Positions 1 through 10,297 of a stretch of 64,000 nucleotides of DNA are shown here, in pieces. The position numbers and the translations under genes are program-made. The stretch comes from Ardenticatenaceae bacterium (lineage in GTDB: Bacteria > Chloroflexota > Anaerolineae > Promineifilales > Promineifilaceae): assembly GCA_020634565.1 (NCBI GenBank), contig JACKBN010000020.1, positions 885 to 64,884 of the forward strand, in the 5' to 3' direction. Numbering within the stretch: position 1 is the stretch's first letter; every line of letters begins with the position of its first letter. The notes under the pieces were generated by a model, which was given only the letters and a program-made list of their open reading frames with translations, ran no database searches and had not been told where the DNA came from.

Positions 1-584
1 ATGTCGGTTTCCACAAAGCCGGGGGCCACCACGCCGACAAAAATGTTGTAAGGGGCCAAATATTTGGCCAGCGACTGGCTCATGGCGTTTAGCCCCGCTT
101 TGCTGGCACCGTAAGCGGGGGCGGTGGGTTCGCCCCTAAAGGCGCCGCGCGAAGAGACGTTGACGATACGGCCGTATCCCTGCTTAATCATCTGCTGCCC
201 TACCAAATAACTTAAATTGGCCACGCCCACCAAATTGACCGCCAGCGTGTTGTGCCAGGCTGTTTGCCACGCCGCAAAGCTCACCTCAGCCAGCGGATGC
301 TCTTCATAAATGCCCGCATTGTTGACGAGGATGTCGATACGGCCGTACTTTTCCACCACCTCCGCTACCAACCGCTCCAACGCTGCCGGATCAGCCATTT
401 CTGCCTGGGCGATGTGATGGTTACTGCCCTGGAGAGAAGCGGCCGTTTCTTCTGCAGCGGCCCGATTGCTGTGGTAATGCACCACCACTTGTGCCCCGTG
501 CTGGGCAAACTGCTGGCAAATTGCCCGCCCAATGCCGCGCGACCCACCAGTGACCAAAACTACTTTTTCTGAAAAATCCATCAT
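1..584 (-). CDS. Short-chain dehydrogenase/reductase (FabG-like); 3' end runs off the left edge of the window
   Basis: Absent from the ORF track because it is open to position 1. My translation of the minus strand from ATG 584 (or 581) gives [22 protein letters not shown]...VNNAG...YGASK. These are the TGxxxGxG Rossmann motif, NNAG and the YxxxK catalytic motif. GGAG sits at 588-591 on the minus strand. Confidence 0.8.
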   Translation of the reverse strand, partial: MMDFSEKVVLVTGGSRGIGRAICQQFAQHGAQVVVHYHSNRAAAEETAASLQGSNHHIAQAEMADPAALERLVAEVVEKYGRIDILVNNAGIYEEHPLAEVSFAAWQTAWHNTLAVNLVGVANLSYLVGQQMIKQGYGRIVNVSSRGAFRGEPTAPAYGASKAGLNAMSQSLAKYLAPYNIFVGVVAPGFVETD

Positions 585-680
585 CTTCTCCTGAAAGATT
601 ATTGTTTAAGTTCTACAGATATAAAAAAGACCTGCCAGAATTTTGCTCTGGCAGGTCTGGAATTTTAGCCAAACGGCCGT

Positions 681-3600
681 TTAATTCTCATCGCTGGGTG
701 GTTGGGTGGGGGCAACGGCTTCTGTGGGCGCGATTTCGGTTGGCTCAACGGCCGTATCTTCTGCCCCATTATCTGTTTCTTCAACCGGTTCCTCACTGGC
801 GTCGTCAGCCGGTACATCCTCCTCTAGCGGTTCCTCGATCGATTCTTCATCTGGCGCGTCGATTGGTTCCTCTTCAAACGGCTCTTGCACAGGCTGTTCG
901 ATGGGTTGCGCGGGCGCAAAAATCGGCCCATATTTCAGCACGCGGTTATTGTTCGCATCCGCAATGTAGATGTTGTCCTGGTCGTCAATAAAGATGCCGT
1001 TGATCAGGTTAAAGCTGTTGACATCGGTGCCAAACTGGCCGAACTTGCCGATGTAGTTGCCCAGTTGGTCAAAAATCAGCACGCGCGGTGTTTCCGGATC
1101 CGTCACGTAAACGCGACCGCCGCTGTCAACTGCCAGGTATGGCTTGTTGTTCACCGAGCTATTGGCGGGCCAGCCTGTGTCCAGCAGCCATTCATTCACC
1201 GGAATCAAATCGGAAGTAAGCTGTTGGATACGGCCGTTCCACGTATCGGCCACGTACACAAAACCGTCATTCCCCACGGCAATGCCTACCGGCTCATAAA
1301 ACTGCCCCAGGGCCGAGCCAAACTGGTCGCCACCTGCGCCCAGTTGGCCAATGAAGTTGCCGCTCTGGTCCATCACCTGAATGCGATGATGACCGGTGTC
1401 AGTAACCAGCACAAGGCCATCGGCCGTCAGCGCCACTTCACGGGGTCCAAAGAACAGTCCCAGCCCCTGACCAGACGGATCGTCTGGCGTGTTGCCTGCC
1501 ATGCCATAGCTGCCTACAAACTGCCCATCCAGCGTAAATTTCTGCACGCGATGGTTCCAGGTGTCGGCCACATACACAAAGTTGTCGTCGATATTCAGAC
1601 CCCACGGGCCTTGCCCGTCGGCGCTAAACTGGCCACTGCCTGTGCCGGTGCTGCCGAAGCTGTCTACAAATTGGCCGTCGGCGTTGAACACCTGTACCCG
1701 CTGGTTGCCAGAATCGAGCACGTAGATACGGCCGTCGGCGCTCACCGCCACGTTGCGCGGAGCAGATAGTTGGTCATCGGCTGAGCCAGCCACGCCGCTG
1801 GGGTTGATAACCAGCGAAGGCAGTACGGAAATTTCGCCTTCTTCATAAGGCGGTTCCAGACTGCTAGCCCCCACAGCTTCCAAACCGTAATCCCAAAGGT
1901 CGGCCAGCACGTCGCGGCGGATGTAGAGGCGCAAATCGTCTCGCAATGGCCATTGGCCATCCGTCAGCGTGCCGCCAAACACCTGACTGTACTTGCTAAA
2001 ATCGCGGTAGAAGAAGATGTCCCACATGGCTTCACGCACGTTGGGATTTAACAAGCCGCGCCGCTCCTGGCCCTCTGGTCGGTTCGGGTTGCCCAGAATG
2101 GCGGCCCAATTAATGTTGCGATAATCCTCCATCGGCCACCAGAGGTAGGTGTAGGTGCGATAGGTGTAATTACTGCCCAAGATGCGGTCTACCTCATCCC
2201 AATTGCTGCGGCCCACCAGCACCACCGGAGATTCGTTCAGGGTGGGGGATGGACTTTCGCCGAAGTAGGTGCTGTTGGGATATTCACGCATGTACCAGGT
2301 GAACGGCCAGGAAACGCCGCTGCCGCCAAAGGCTACCCGAATGCTTTTGTCGCCGTTGAGCCGCATGGACAGGGTTTCGAGTTGATCCAGCACCATGCTT
2401 TTGGCTGCGGGTGCGCCGTGGGCATACACCATAAATTCGCGGGCATAATCGGCATTGGGCCAGCTGGATAAATACATGAAGCGCACGGTAAGCAGGCTCA
2501 GCAGGGTAAAGATGCTCAATACGACGAGGGGCCGGCGGAGACGGCCGTTTACCTCCTCCCGTACTTGCTGCCAGAACCAGAACACCACCGCCGCCAGTAC
2601 AATGCCGCCCAATACCTGACCCAGCTGGGTTAGATTATTGAGCTGCTGGTTGCCTAGCTGCACTTTGCCTAGCAAGACGGGTCCCAGCGCCACAAAAACG
2701 GAAATGATCAGCCCTAGCGTCAGCCCGGCAAACAGCAGCGCCTGCCGCGAGACTAGCTCGCGCCAATGAATATCTTTGAACCGCTCATTGATGTACCAGC
2801 CTGCCAGCAGCCCCATAGGAATGACAAAATGGGTGCTCAGCCACGGCATCTTTTCTCCGGCGATGCTGTAGGCTGCCCAGGTAAGCACGAGCCACCAGCT
2901 CACAAAGGCCACAAACTCGCACATAATGTCGCGGGCCAGCAGCTCCATCAGATTTGTCTCCACTCCATGGGCGCGCATAATTTGCCCCCGCCGAATGAAG
3001 AACCAGACCAAAATCGCCACGCCCAAAATGAGCAGCCCGATTAAAATGCCCGGCAGGCGGCTGATTTCCTGGCCGCTGAATACGTTATCCAGATTGAACA
3101 CCCAGTTTCCCAAACTGTAGGCAAGCAGGGCGATGAGAACGGCCGTAAGCCAGTACCCCGTCACCTGATTCAAACGCTGTTTGATTAGCCAAAAGCGAAT
3201 AGCCAGCAGCGAAAAGATCAGCGGCAAGAACTCATAGAAGGGCACCACAAAGAAGTAGTAGAAAGGCGGCTGATTGCCGCGCGCCACCTCCTGCTGCTCT
3301 AGCCAGTAGCCCAGCGAGCCAATCGTACCGCTAAACCAGCCATCCCGAATGTTGGTGAAAACGGAGGTGTACAGCACGAAGAAAATAACGTGGTAAATGA
3401 CGGCAGCAATAATCCAGCGGCGCCGATCCCACCACAGCCCGACCAAAATGGCTGCGGCCAGAGTGAAGACCAGAAAGAGTATCGTCAAAAAGAGGGAGGA
3501 ACCGACAAAATCACCCCAGCAGGTGGCGTTAAACGCGCGGCCAAAGAAAATTTGCACCGACGACATCGCCTCCTGCCCCGGCAAGAAGCAAGTTGCCATG

Positions 3601-4655
3601 GGGTTGCTGTCTTCCAGCGGTTTGCCCCCGGCAAGCACCACAAATAGCGGCGCTGCCATTGGCAAAATAAGGGTGGTAAACAGCAAAATCAGGTCAAACT
3701 CCGCGTAGTTTTTCAAAAACGGCCGAAAACGAGCCGCCATCCAAAATAAACCACCAGCCAGGGCAAAGATGCCCACAATTTCCACCCAGCCGAGCCGCTG
3801 TTCCACAATCGTGAGCGCCTCGTTGGTAGACGAAACAAAGGCATCTTCTACAGGATCGGCCGCAAAAACGCCGCTGTCTTCGGACAAAACGGGTTCTTCC
3901 ATTTGGGTCGCAAATCGCTGCCCCAGAAGCCCGCCGCTGAGCATGAGTAGCCCCAGCAGCACCAGCAGCACGGGCGAGGTGAGCCTGTCCAGATTGTTAC
4001 GCAGCCACGGGGCCATCCAAATTTGGGGCAGCAGGCGCAAAATCAAAAAGCTGCCAAAGATGGCCACGTAAATAAACGACACTTCCTTGGTGGAAAACAT
4101 GAGCGCATTACCCGCGGCAAACCACCACAAATATTTATCTTCCCGCGTCTGGAAGTAATGCCAGATGGCGATGAAAATAATCATCGCCCAGACGATCACG
4201 TAAATGTCGTGGCGAATGTAGCGTGAGTAGTAGGTGAGGTAAGGCGAAATGAGGAAGATGAAGCTGGTGGCCAGCGCGCCCACCTTGCCAAGCCAGGGCC
4301 GCAAAAAGTAGGGCATGGCTACTAAAATGATGCCAAAAATTGCCACGGGCACCCGCGCCGAAAAATCACTATCGCCTAACAGCCAGTAAAAAATGGGCGT
4401 GATGTGGAACAAAAAGGGGCCGTGCATTAGCGGCGTGTGGTTGAAACCATCCCCGATAAAAAATTGGTACGAAAATTGGGTGTGCAGGCTTTCATCATGG
4501 CTCATGACGCGGTCGCCCAGCCCCCAGAAGCGGGTCACAATGGCCACCAGCAAAATCGCGAGGTAAGCTGCTTTTTCCCAATCAATGTACAGGCTGGCCA
4601 GCAGCGGCCGGGATAGAAAATCGGTTTTCGGTTCAGGCGTTGTCAATTCACTCAT
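681..4655 (-). CDS. TIGR03663-like GT-C (PMT/ArnT-like) polytopic membrane protein fused to a six-bladed NHL beta-propeller and an acidic tail
   Basis: 1324-aa ORF. The N-terminal ~900 aa are highly hydrophobic and carry the DE (MSHDESLH) and HGP (PLMHGPFLF) motifs described for TIGR03663. Residues ~925-1245 hold six NHL-type blades (NQRVQVF, NHRVQKF, HHRIQVM, NGRIQQL, TPRVLIF, NNRVLKY). The last ~80 aa form a Glu/Asp/Pro-rich tail. Confidence 0.7.
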   Translation of the reverse strand: MSELTTPEPKTDFLSRPLLASLYIDWEKAAYLAILLVAIVTRFWGLGDRVMSHDESLHTQFSYQFFIGDGFNHTPLMHGPFLFHITPIFYWLLGDSDFSARVPVAIFGIILVAMPYFLRPWLGKVGALATSFIFLISPYLTYYSRYIRHDIYVIVWAMIIFIAIWHYFQTREDKYLWWFAAGNALMFSTKEVSFIYVAIFGSFLILRLLPQIWMAPWLRNNLDRLTSPVLLVLLGLLMLSGGLLGQRFATQMEEPVLSEDSGVFAADPVEDAFVSSTNEALTIVEQRLGWVEIVGIFALAGGLFWMAARFRPFLKNYAEFDLILLFTTLILPMAAPLFVVLAGGKPLEDSNPMATCFLPGQEAMSSVQIFFGRAFNATCWGDFVGSSLFLTILFLVFTLAAAILVGLWWDRRRWIIAAVIYHVIFFVLYTSVFTNIRDGWFSGTIGSLGYWLEQQEVARGNQPPFYYFFVVPFYEFLPLIFSLLAIRFWLIKQRLNQVTGYWLTAVLIALLAYSLGNWVFNLDNVFSGQEISRLPGILIGLLILGVAILVWFFIRRGQIMRAHGVETNLMELLARDIMCEFVAFVSWWLVLTWAAYSIAGEKMPWLSTHFVIPMGLLAGWYINERFKDIHWRELVSRQALLFAGLTLGLIISVFVALGPVLLGKVQLGNQQLNNLTQLGQVLGGIVLAAVVFWFWQQVREEVNGRLRRPLVVLSIFTLLSLLTVRFMYLSSWPNADYAREFMVYAHGAPAAKSMVLDQLETLSMRLNGDKSIRVAFGGSGVSWPFTWYMREYPNSTYFGESPSPTLNESPVVLVGRSNWDEVDRILGSNYTYRTYTYLWWPMEDYRNINWAAILGNPNRPEGQERRGLLNPNVREAMWDIFFYRDFSKYSQVFGGTLTDGQWPLRDDLRLYIRRDVLADLWDYGLEAVGASSLEPPYEEGEISVLPSLVINPSGVAGSADDQLSAPRNVAVSADGRIYVLDSGNQRVQVFNADGQFVDSFGSTGTGSGQFSADGQGPWGLNIDDNFVYVADTWNHRVQKFTLDGQFVGSYGMAGNTPDDPSGQGLGLFFGPREVALTADGLVLVTDTGHHRIQVMDQSGNFIGQLGAGGDQFGSALGQFYEPVGIAVGNDGFVYVADTWNGRIQQLTSDLIPVNEWLLDTGWPANSSVNNKPYLAVDSGGRVYVTDPETPRVLIFDQLGNYIGKFGQFGTDVNSFNLINGIFIDDQDNIYIADANNNRVLKYGPIFAPAQPIEQPVQEPFEEEPIDAPDEESIEEPLEEDVPADDASEEPVEETDNGAEDTAVEPTEIAPTEAVAPTQPPSDEN

Positions 4656-4662
4656 AATGGGT

Positions 4663-5199
4663 TCAATTTGTGTTGATAGGTACGGCCGCTACCGGTGTGG
4701 GCAGCGGAGCCGGGGTGGAGACAAAGTTGGGTTCCGGGTCGATTTGATTGGCGACGGCCGTTTCCGTCGGCATGGTTTGCGTTTCGGTGGCGGCGGGCGT
4801 GTGGGTCATGGTAGCGGTGACGGCTACCATGGTGGGTGGCGAGGGCCATAACGATGGTTGGCCACTGTTAAACCACTGCCAGCCGCCCAACAGGAGCACT
4901 AGCAGCATGGCCACCGCTGCTAACTGCCGTCCCAGCTGGCGTGGGGCAAAGCCTGGCCGGGTCAACCGCCGGCGCTGCGGTATGGTGGGCATGAGCTGTA
5001 CAAGACGGCCGTTATCAACGGCCGTTGCCTTTTGCAGCGTTTGCCTGACCAACTGCCCCACCTGCCGCTCCTGCTGCACCGCAGCCAGCAGGTCCGGGTC
5101 CTGGCTGATTTGGCGCGTTAGCAGCTCTTTTTCCGCAGCGGGCAGCAAATCAAGTACATACTCTTGCAGCAGATTTGTGCTTTTTCTGGTTTCAATCAT
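4663..5199 (-). CDS. Anti-sigma factor, single-pass membrane protein
   Basis: Lies immediately downstream of the ECF sigma gene. I prefer the start MIETRK at ATG 5199, which overlaps the sigma stop (ATGATTGA, 8-nt overlap). It has one hydrophobic helix (LAAVAMLLVLLLGGW) and a Pro/Thr-rich C-terminus. The 210-aa ORF-track start at 5295 would overlap the sigma gene by ~100 nt. Confidence 0.6.
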   Translation of the reverse strand: MIETRKSTNLLQEYVLDLLPAAEKELLTRQISQDPDLLAAVQQERQVGQLVRQTLQKATAVDNGRLVQLMPTIPQRRRLTRPGFAPRQLGRQLAAVAMLLVLLLGGWQWFNSGQPSLWPSPPTMVAVTATMTHTPAATETQTMPTETAVANQIDPEPNFVSTPAPLPTPVAAVPINTN

Positions 5200-5809
5200 G
5201 ATCAATCTGCTCCGCCAGCGCCTCACGCAAAGCGTTGTGCGCCAGCCGCATACGGGATTCGGCAGTTTTAGTGGGAACCCCCAAAATCTGGCCAATTTCC
5301 ACGTAAGTTAGCCCTTCGTAATAACGGAGAACGGCCGTTTCCCGCAGTTTGCCCGATAAATTCTGGATGGCCGTCCACACGACTTGTTGTTTTTCCGTGA
5401 GCTGCATCGTCTCGGCCGGCGTAGGCAAATCGCGATCCGGCACATCTTGGCTCATCAACTGCCCTAGTGAAAACGTGGGCAGCCATTTGCGCCGCCGTTT
5501 GTTGTGGCAGCGGCTCACGGCAATCTGGTACAGCCACGTTTTCAACGCCGATTTGGTGGCGTCATACTGCTCCAGGCGACGAAAAGCATACTCAAAGCTG
5601 TCTTGCAGGACTTCTTCGGCATCTTCCCGATTTTGCAGAAGGCTGTAACAGAGCCGGTAAATCATGCCTGCATACAGGTTATACAGCGCCACATAGGCCG
5701 TATCCTCACCCGCCAGGCAGCGCCGGATGAGCGCCTGACTTTGTTCGTCGGCGTAAGCAGGCGTTTCTGCGCCCCACGAGAGGGTGCCTTGGTCAGAAAA
5801 GGAACTCAT
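5192..5809 (-). CDS. ECF-type RNA polymerase sigma-70 family factor
   Basis: 205 aa. The region 2-like segment reads LYNLYAGMIYRLCYSLLQNREDAEEVLQDSFEYAF. The region 4 HTH reads LRETAVLRYYEGLTYVEIGQILGVPTKTAESRMRLA. Confidence 0.85.
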   Translation of the reverse strand: MSSFSDQGTLSWGAETPAYADEQSQALIRRCLAGEDTAYVALYNLYAGMIYRLCYSLLQNREDAEEVLQDSFEYAFRRLEQYDATKSALKTWLYQIAVSRCHNKRRRKWLPTFSLGQLMSQDVPDRDLPTPAETMQLTEKQQVVWTAIQNLSGKLRETAVLRYYEGLTYVEIGQILGVPTKTAESRMRLAHNALREALAEQIDHD

Positions 5810-5810
5810 G

Positions 5811-7568
5811 TTAGGGCTGTCCTGTCAATAAATCGGCCCGCACCCAGACAATAGCCCGCTCTACAGGCGTAACGGCCGTTGACTGATGAAAAAACCACCA
5901 GCGAAACGTGTCGTACAAAATGGTGGCCGATGGTTCGGTAAGTGGGATGGGCTCCAGACGACGGATGGCAAAATCGCTGCCGCTGTAGCTGACCGCCAGC
6001 GGTAACTCTGGATTGGCGTCGGTAATGATGACTTGCTGCGTGGGTGTTAGCGGCAGCGCGTTGAGCTGCTCCAGTCGGGGATACGCTTTCAGGTACCAGT
6101 TCAGCGCTGGCACATCCAGCCGGGTGCCAATTTGCAGCTGCGTATCAGAATTGGCCAGCTGGCGCGATAGGTCGCGCACGGTGGTATCCAGTTCACGCAT
6201 GGCAAAATCGGTGCCGCTGCTGACCCAGCGCTCGCGCGGATCGTTGGCTCCTTCCTGAGCCAGCCACCAGCCCGTGCCCCATTGGTAAAAAATGAAAAAG
6301 CCTAAAATGGCCAGCAAGACGCCTTGGGGAACGGCCGTTGCATCTTCCGAAGCGGTAAAATAGAGCACCAGCCCCACAAACAAAATCGCAAGCAAAATGA
6401 CCATCAAATAAATGGTGCTTTCTGGTGGATTTACCTGGGCTACACGTCCTAGACGAGCCAGATTTACAAAAATCACAAACGAACCAGCCAGGCTGACACC
6501 CCCAGCAATGCCGCTGAACCAATCCCACCGGCGACGCCAGGCCGCGTTGACCAAAATGCCTGCCAGTAAGGCGGTGGGCAGGGTGAGCAGCAGCCCATTG
6601 CTCATGAACGCTCGCTGGAGCAGCAGCAAAATCAGGCTGCCGCTGAACCAGTAAACGGCAAACAGCGCCAGCGGTTCACTGCGGACGATGGCCCAAATCA
6701 GGCCAAAAACCACCAAAATGACAAGGGCTGGCTCGTACCGCACAAAAGCGAGCAGCGGATCGAGCGTGCGTGCGCCGCCGAACTGCTGGAACCATTCGCC
6801 TGCGAGTCTGGCAGAACCACCCAACCCATTGGGCAGCAGCAAAAAGAAGGTGCTTAGCAGCAAAAACACGACGATGCCAACGGCCGTTCCCTTGCGCCAG
6901 TTGGTTTCGGTTGGTTTTACGTGCCAGCCTTCTACAAATAGCGAAAGCCCCAGTCGCGAATGGACAAACCAGGCTAGCAGCAGCGTCACCAGGCCGCTGT
7001 AAAACAGGGCTGAACTGCTCAATCCGAGGCCCAGCGCGGCAAAAAGCGTGTACAGCCAGCGCACAGCGGCCGTTTCCTGGTAGCGAATAAAGGCGATGAG
7101 CATCAGCAGCAGGGCAAAGAGGGCAATGCTGTCGCCGCCAACCGTGCGGGAGGCAATGGTATTGAGGGGAGAGATGGCCAGGAGAACGGCCGTTACCAAC
7201 GCGCCTTGGGTGCCCAAACGATGGCGCAGCAGCCAGGGCAGGCCGATGAGACCCAGCCCAAACAAGGCTGGAATCAAGCGCATGACCCCATCGCCAAAGC
7301 CAAACACCTGTGTGAGCCAGCTGGTGAGGCTGAAATAGGCAGGGCTTCCTGCGCTGAGCATGACCGCCTCCGGCTGCCAGAAGCGCCACACTTCCAGCGC
7401 TTGCAGCGCTTCAGTATCGGACAAGGGTAGATAACCAAGATTTGCCAGGCGCAAAATCGCGGCTGCCAGCAAGATAAGGCCCAGCAAGCCATCCGCCAGC
7501 GTCAGGCGGCTTAACCAACCGCTAATCGGCTGGCGATGCACAACTTGGGGCGTGGGAAATATCTCCAA
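5811..7568 (-). CDS. Divergent GT-C-fold (PMT_2/ArnT-like) polytopic membrane protein
   Basis: 585 aa with more than 10 hydrophobic segments. The N-terminal arrangement (LRLANLGYLPLSDTEAL) resembles the loop-1 acidic motif of GT39/GT83 enzymes. A hydrophilic C-terminal domain of ~150 aa follows. The stop is 1 nt from the sigma gene start. Confidence 0.5.
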   Translation of the reverse strand: MEIFPTPQVVHRQPISGWLSRLTLADGLLGLILLAAAILRLANLGYLPLSDTEALQALEVWRFWQPEAVMLSAGSPAYFSLTSWLTQVFGFGDGVMRLIPALFGLGLIGLPWLLRHRLGTQGALVTAVLLAISPLNTIASRTVGGDSIALFALLLMLIAFIRYQETAAVRWLYTLFAALGLGLSSSALFYSGLVTLLLAWFVHSRLGLSLFVEGWHVKPTETNWRKGTAVGIVVFLLLSTFFLLLPNGLGGSARLAGEWFQQFGGARTLDPLLAFVRYEPALVILVVFGLIWAIVRSEPLALFAVYWFSGSLILLLLQRAFMSNGLLLTLPTALLAGILVNAAWRRRWDWFSGIAGGVSLAGSFVIFVNLARLGRVAQVNPPESTIYLMVILLAILFVGLVLYFTASEDATAVPQGVLLAILGFFIFYQWGTGWWLAQEGANDPRERWVSSGTDFAMRELDTTVRDLSRQLANSDTQLQIGTRLDVPALNWYLKAYPRLEQLNALPLTPTQQVIITDANPELPLAVSYSGSDFAIRRLEPIPLTEPSATILYDTFRWWFFHQSTAVTPVERAIVWVRADLLTGQP

Positions 7569-7620
7569 TCTCTACTCTCCGATTTTCAATAATCAGTGTT
7601 CAGGCCAATTACTGACTTAC
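7561..7620. repeat. Short spacer built from family A/B repeat words
   Basis: CTCCAATCTCTACTCTCC...TAATCAGTG...AATTACTGACTTACTG lies between the GT-C-like gene start and the YYY-1 stop. Confidence 0.5.
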
Positions 7621-10289
7621 TGCGTACTGTTCTGCCAACGATAGATGGTAACAGAGCCGTTCTGGTAGGCAACTTCGAGCTGCTCGTTGAACTTGCTGGC
7701 ACCGGGCAAACGGCCGTTCACGCCGTAAGTATCCCGCTCCAGCCCACCAACGTAAATGTAAGCCACATCATAGGCATCGAGCACATTGGCAATGTTGTTG
7801 TTGTCCCAGTTGGGCAGCGTGTAAATTTCTCGCACAATGGGATCGCGCTCGGAAGGTTCAGGCGTGCTGTAGCCGCGCCACTGGTATTCATGCCCGGCCC
7901 AACCTAGCAGGGTGGGAATGCCAGTGCTAGCCGAGATACGGCCGTACGCCGAATATTGACCGCCCACTGCCTCAACAATTGTGGGTGTGCCATCTACATT
8001 GTCACGCAGCCACATGATTGCCGCGTACTCATCTGGGTTGAAACTGGCTGTCTGTGCCAAGCCATTTAGCGTAGGTGGTTGCCGATTGACGGAGTCAACC
8101 GGCCCGCGAAACTCGATAGCACGAGTTTGGACGGCAAGAATAGGAAAAAGCAAGGTTCCTATGAAAACGGCCGTATACACCACGGTCACGCCCGCAGGTA
8201 CCAACTTGTGACCGCTTTCTCGCGCCACTAGCCACAAGTAAGAGAGACTAAATAACCCCGCAACGCCAAACATCACCCACGTCTGGTAATAGAATTTAAA
8301 AACTGTGTTTAGCCGCACGCCAAAATTATCGCGCAAATAGACAAACTCTGGCCCAAGAGTGAGCAGAGCGCCAGTAGCGATGAGGAGGAGGATAAATGGG
8401 AGCGGCGAGGGGCTGACCTTTGCCGCAACCGGCACGCTGATTGGTTCTACCGCTTCCTCAGCGAAATTGTCCGCATCTTCCGGCTGGGTTTCTGTTGCGG
8501 TAGCTTCGTCTTCTGCCCCAAATAGTCCTTGCCAGGCCATCACGACCAGCCCCAGCAAAGCTGCCAGCATGAGCGTGACGCCGGGGATGGCCACTTTGGC
8601 CTGCACAATGGCGGGAAGAATGGCAAATACGGCCGTAGCACCCCAGCCAAACGCCACATTTCCTTCTGGACGGGGTGCCAGAGTGAGACCCAGTTCATTA
8701 GCCAAGCCTACAATTCTGCCTGCCCCGTCGGCGCTGCTGGCAACAATTAGCCCCAGCAGCACCGCCAGCACAAACAAACCAAGAATGAGCGAAACGGCCG
8801 TTATCACCCCCGCCTTCCACTGCTTAAACTTGTAGCGACTGACCAAACTCAACACCAATGTCCAAATACTCAGCAGCGGTAGACCAAAAATAATCAAAAA
8901 TTGCGGCAGACGTGTGGGGCGTACCAGCGTAGGCAGCAAATAAGGCGCGCCCGCCTGCGAGCGAAAGCCCAAATAAAATGGCAGGTAAAGAAAAATCGCG
9001 GGAATAACCAGCAAAATGGCCAGCCATATCGCCTCGGTAAGCCACTGGTTGCGCCAGCCAAAGCGTCGCCAGCGGTTCAGTATAAACGCCCCCAGCACCA
9101 CAAATAGATGAACCAGCACATCCCACGTGTTGAGGAAGGACAATCCGCCCAGAATCAGCACGGTAATTGCCCAAAGCGGCTTGTTTGGTACAAGAGATTG
9201 GAGATTAGAGATTATAGATTGATTGCTAGCCTTAATCTCCAATCTGAGGTCTCCGGTCTCCTTTTCTTGTAGCCACCACAAGAACGCCACCGCCAGACTC
9301 AAAAAGGCAAATGGCAGTGCCATGACATGGGGGTGCATATCGCCCAAAATAAAGCTAAAGCCGGGAAATTCTGCAATGGGTTCTAGCCCCTCGATCACTT
9401 GGCCAGACAAGGAATATTCATTAATGACGCGGGAACTGCGCCACCACCATAAATATCGTGGACTTTCTATATCAACTGCTGGTCCATTAATGTTGCGTAC
9501 GTCGAGCCATGCCCAAAATTCGGTGGAACCTATGCCATTCCCGTGTAACGTTTCCAGGATGACCTGTAGGTTTCCCGCTATAGGTAAAGCAATCGCCGCC
9601 ATCAGTCCCAAAGTCAGCGCCAGACGAGACGCGGCCTGTTTGAGGTGTTGCCCGTAACTGAGCACAAGATTATAAACAAGCCCAAATGCACCCACGCCCG
9701 TACCTGCAAGTAGCCAGGCAATGCCTAAATTAAAGGCAACTGGTTCAGAAACGGCCGCTAATCGAGCCAGCACCGAGGTCATCACATAACCAAAATAGTA
9801 GTAGCTAATGGCATAGCCAGAGAGCCATGGATCGACCGGAGGGAAGACTGGGCTGCGGCTGGCTGCGTTGAGAAAAGCAAACTCCATTGGTTTTTCGGTT
9901 CCGACGATGGCCGGGTTTTGAGCGCGCACCCAAACCCACAGGCCAAACAGCACCGCAAAAATCAGCTCGGTGAGCAGAATGTGCCGCCAACTGTCGCTGA
10001 GCCAGGTGCGCAGTTCGGTGCCTGTGTGGCGATATGCCCAGTAAGAAAGGCCCACCACCAGCGCCACCGCCAGCAAAATTCCGCCCAGATTATTTTGCAA
10101 AAAGCCCAGGCTGCCCAGCATCCAGAAAAGGTAGCTCACCAGCAGCAGCGACAGCATCTTGACAAACGCATAGCCGCGATCAGGCAGCTTTTTGAAGAGG
10201 GTGAAGGCCAGGGGGGTAACGGCCGTTCCCAACAGCAACAGCACAGCCCACCATCGAATCGCCGCAAAAATGTCTTCCCAAGCTAGCAT
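7617..10289 (-). CDS. DUF2298 / TIGR03662 'Chlor_Arch_YYY' membrane protein (copy 1)
   Basis: 890 aa and strongly hydrophobic. The signature reads VDPWLSGYAISYYYFGYV (YYYxG motif). Confidence 0.75.
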   Translation of the reverse strand: MLAWEDIFAAIRWWAVLLLLGTAVTPLAFTLFKKLPDRGYAFVKMLSLLLVSYLFWMLGSLGFLQNNLGGILLAVALVVGLSYWAYRHTGTELRTWLSDSWRHILLTELIFAVLFGLWVWVRAQNPAIVGTEKPMEFAFLNAASRSPVFPPVDPWLSGYAISYYYFGYVMTSVLARLAAVSEPVAFNLGIAWLLAGTGVGAFGLVYNLVLSYGQHLKQAASRLALTLGLMAAIALPIAGNLQVILETLHGNGIGSTEFWAWLDVRNINGPAVDIESPRYLWWWRSSRVINEYSLSGQVIEGLEPIAEFPGFSFILGDMHPHVMALPFAFLSLAVAFLWWLQEKETGDLRLEIKASNQSIISNLQSLVPNKPLWAITVLILGGLSFLNTWDVLVHLFVVLGAFILNRWRRFGWRNQWLTEAIWLAILLVIPAIFLYLPFYLGFRSQAGAPYLLPTLVRPTRLPQFLIIFGLPLLSIWTLVLSLVSRYKFKQWKAGVITAVSLILGLFVLAVLLGLIVASSADGAGRIVGLANELGLTLAPRPEGNVAFGWGATAVFAILPAIVQAKVAIPGVTLMLAALLGLVVMAWQGLFGAEDEATATETQPEDADNFAEEAVEPISVPVAAKVSPSPLPFILLLIATGALLTLGPEFVYLRDNFGVRLNTVFKFYYQTWVMFGVAGLFSLSYLWLVARESGHKLVPAGVTVVYTAVFIGTLLFPILAVQTRAIEFRGPVDSVNRQPPTLNGLAQTASFNPDEYAAIMWLRDNVDGTPTIVEAVGGQYSAYGRISASTGIPTLLGWAGHEYQWRGYSTPEPSERDPIVREIYTLPNWDNNNIANVLDAYDVAYIYVGGLERDTYGVNGRLPGASKFNEQLEVAYQNGSVTIYRWQNSTQ
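9194..9262. repeat. Family A heptamer (GGAGATT/AATCTCC) inverted block inside the YYY-1 coding sequence
   Basis: A 13-bp perfect inverted repeat pairs 9195-9207 with 9233-9245, flanked by further GAGATT/TCTCC units. It is translated as EIKASNQSIISNLQSL. Confidence 0.85.
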
Positions 10290-10297
10290 AGAATTAC

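Noticed and set aside
885-1769. Long plus-strand ORF (294 aa) antisense to the NHL region. Similar long antisense ORFs include 41076..41918, 46096..47016, 27766..28725, 61543..62235 and 50043..50672.
   Set aside because: All lie entirely inside much longer ORFs with clear family signatures on the opposite strand. Their translations are low-complexity and Arg/Gly/Ala-rich, as expected for shadow ORFs in GC-rich DNA.
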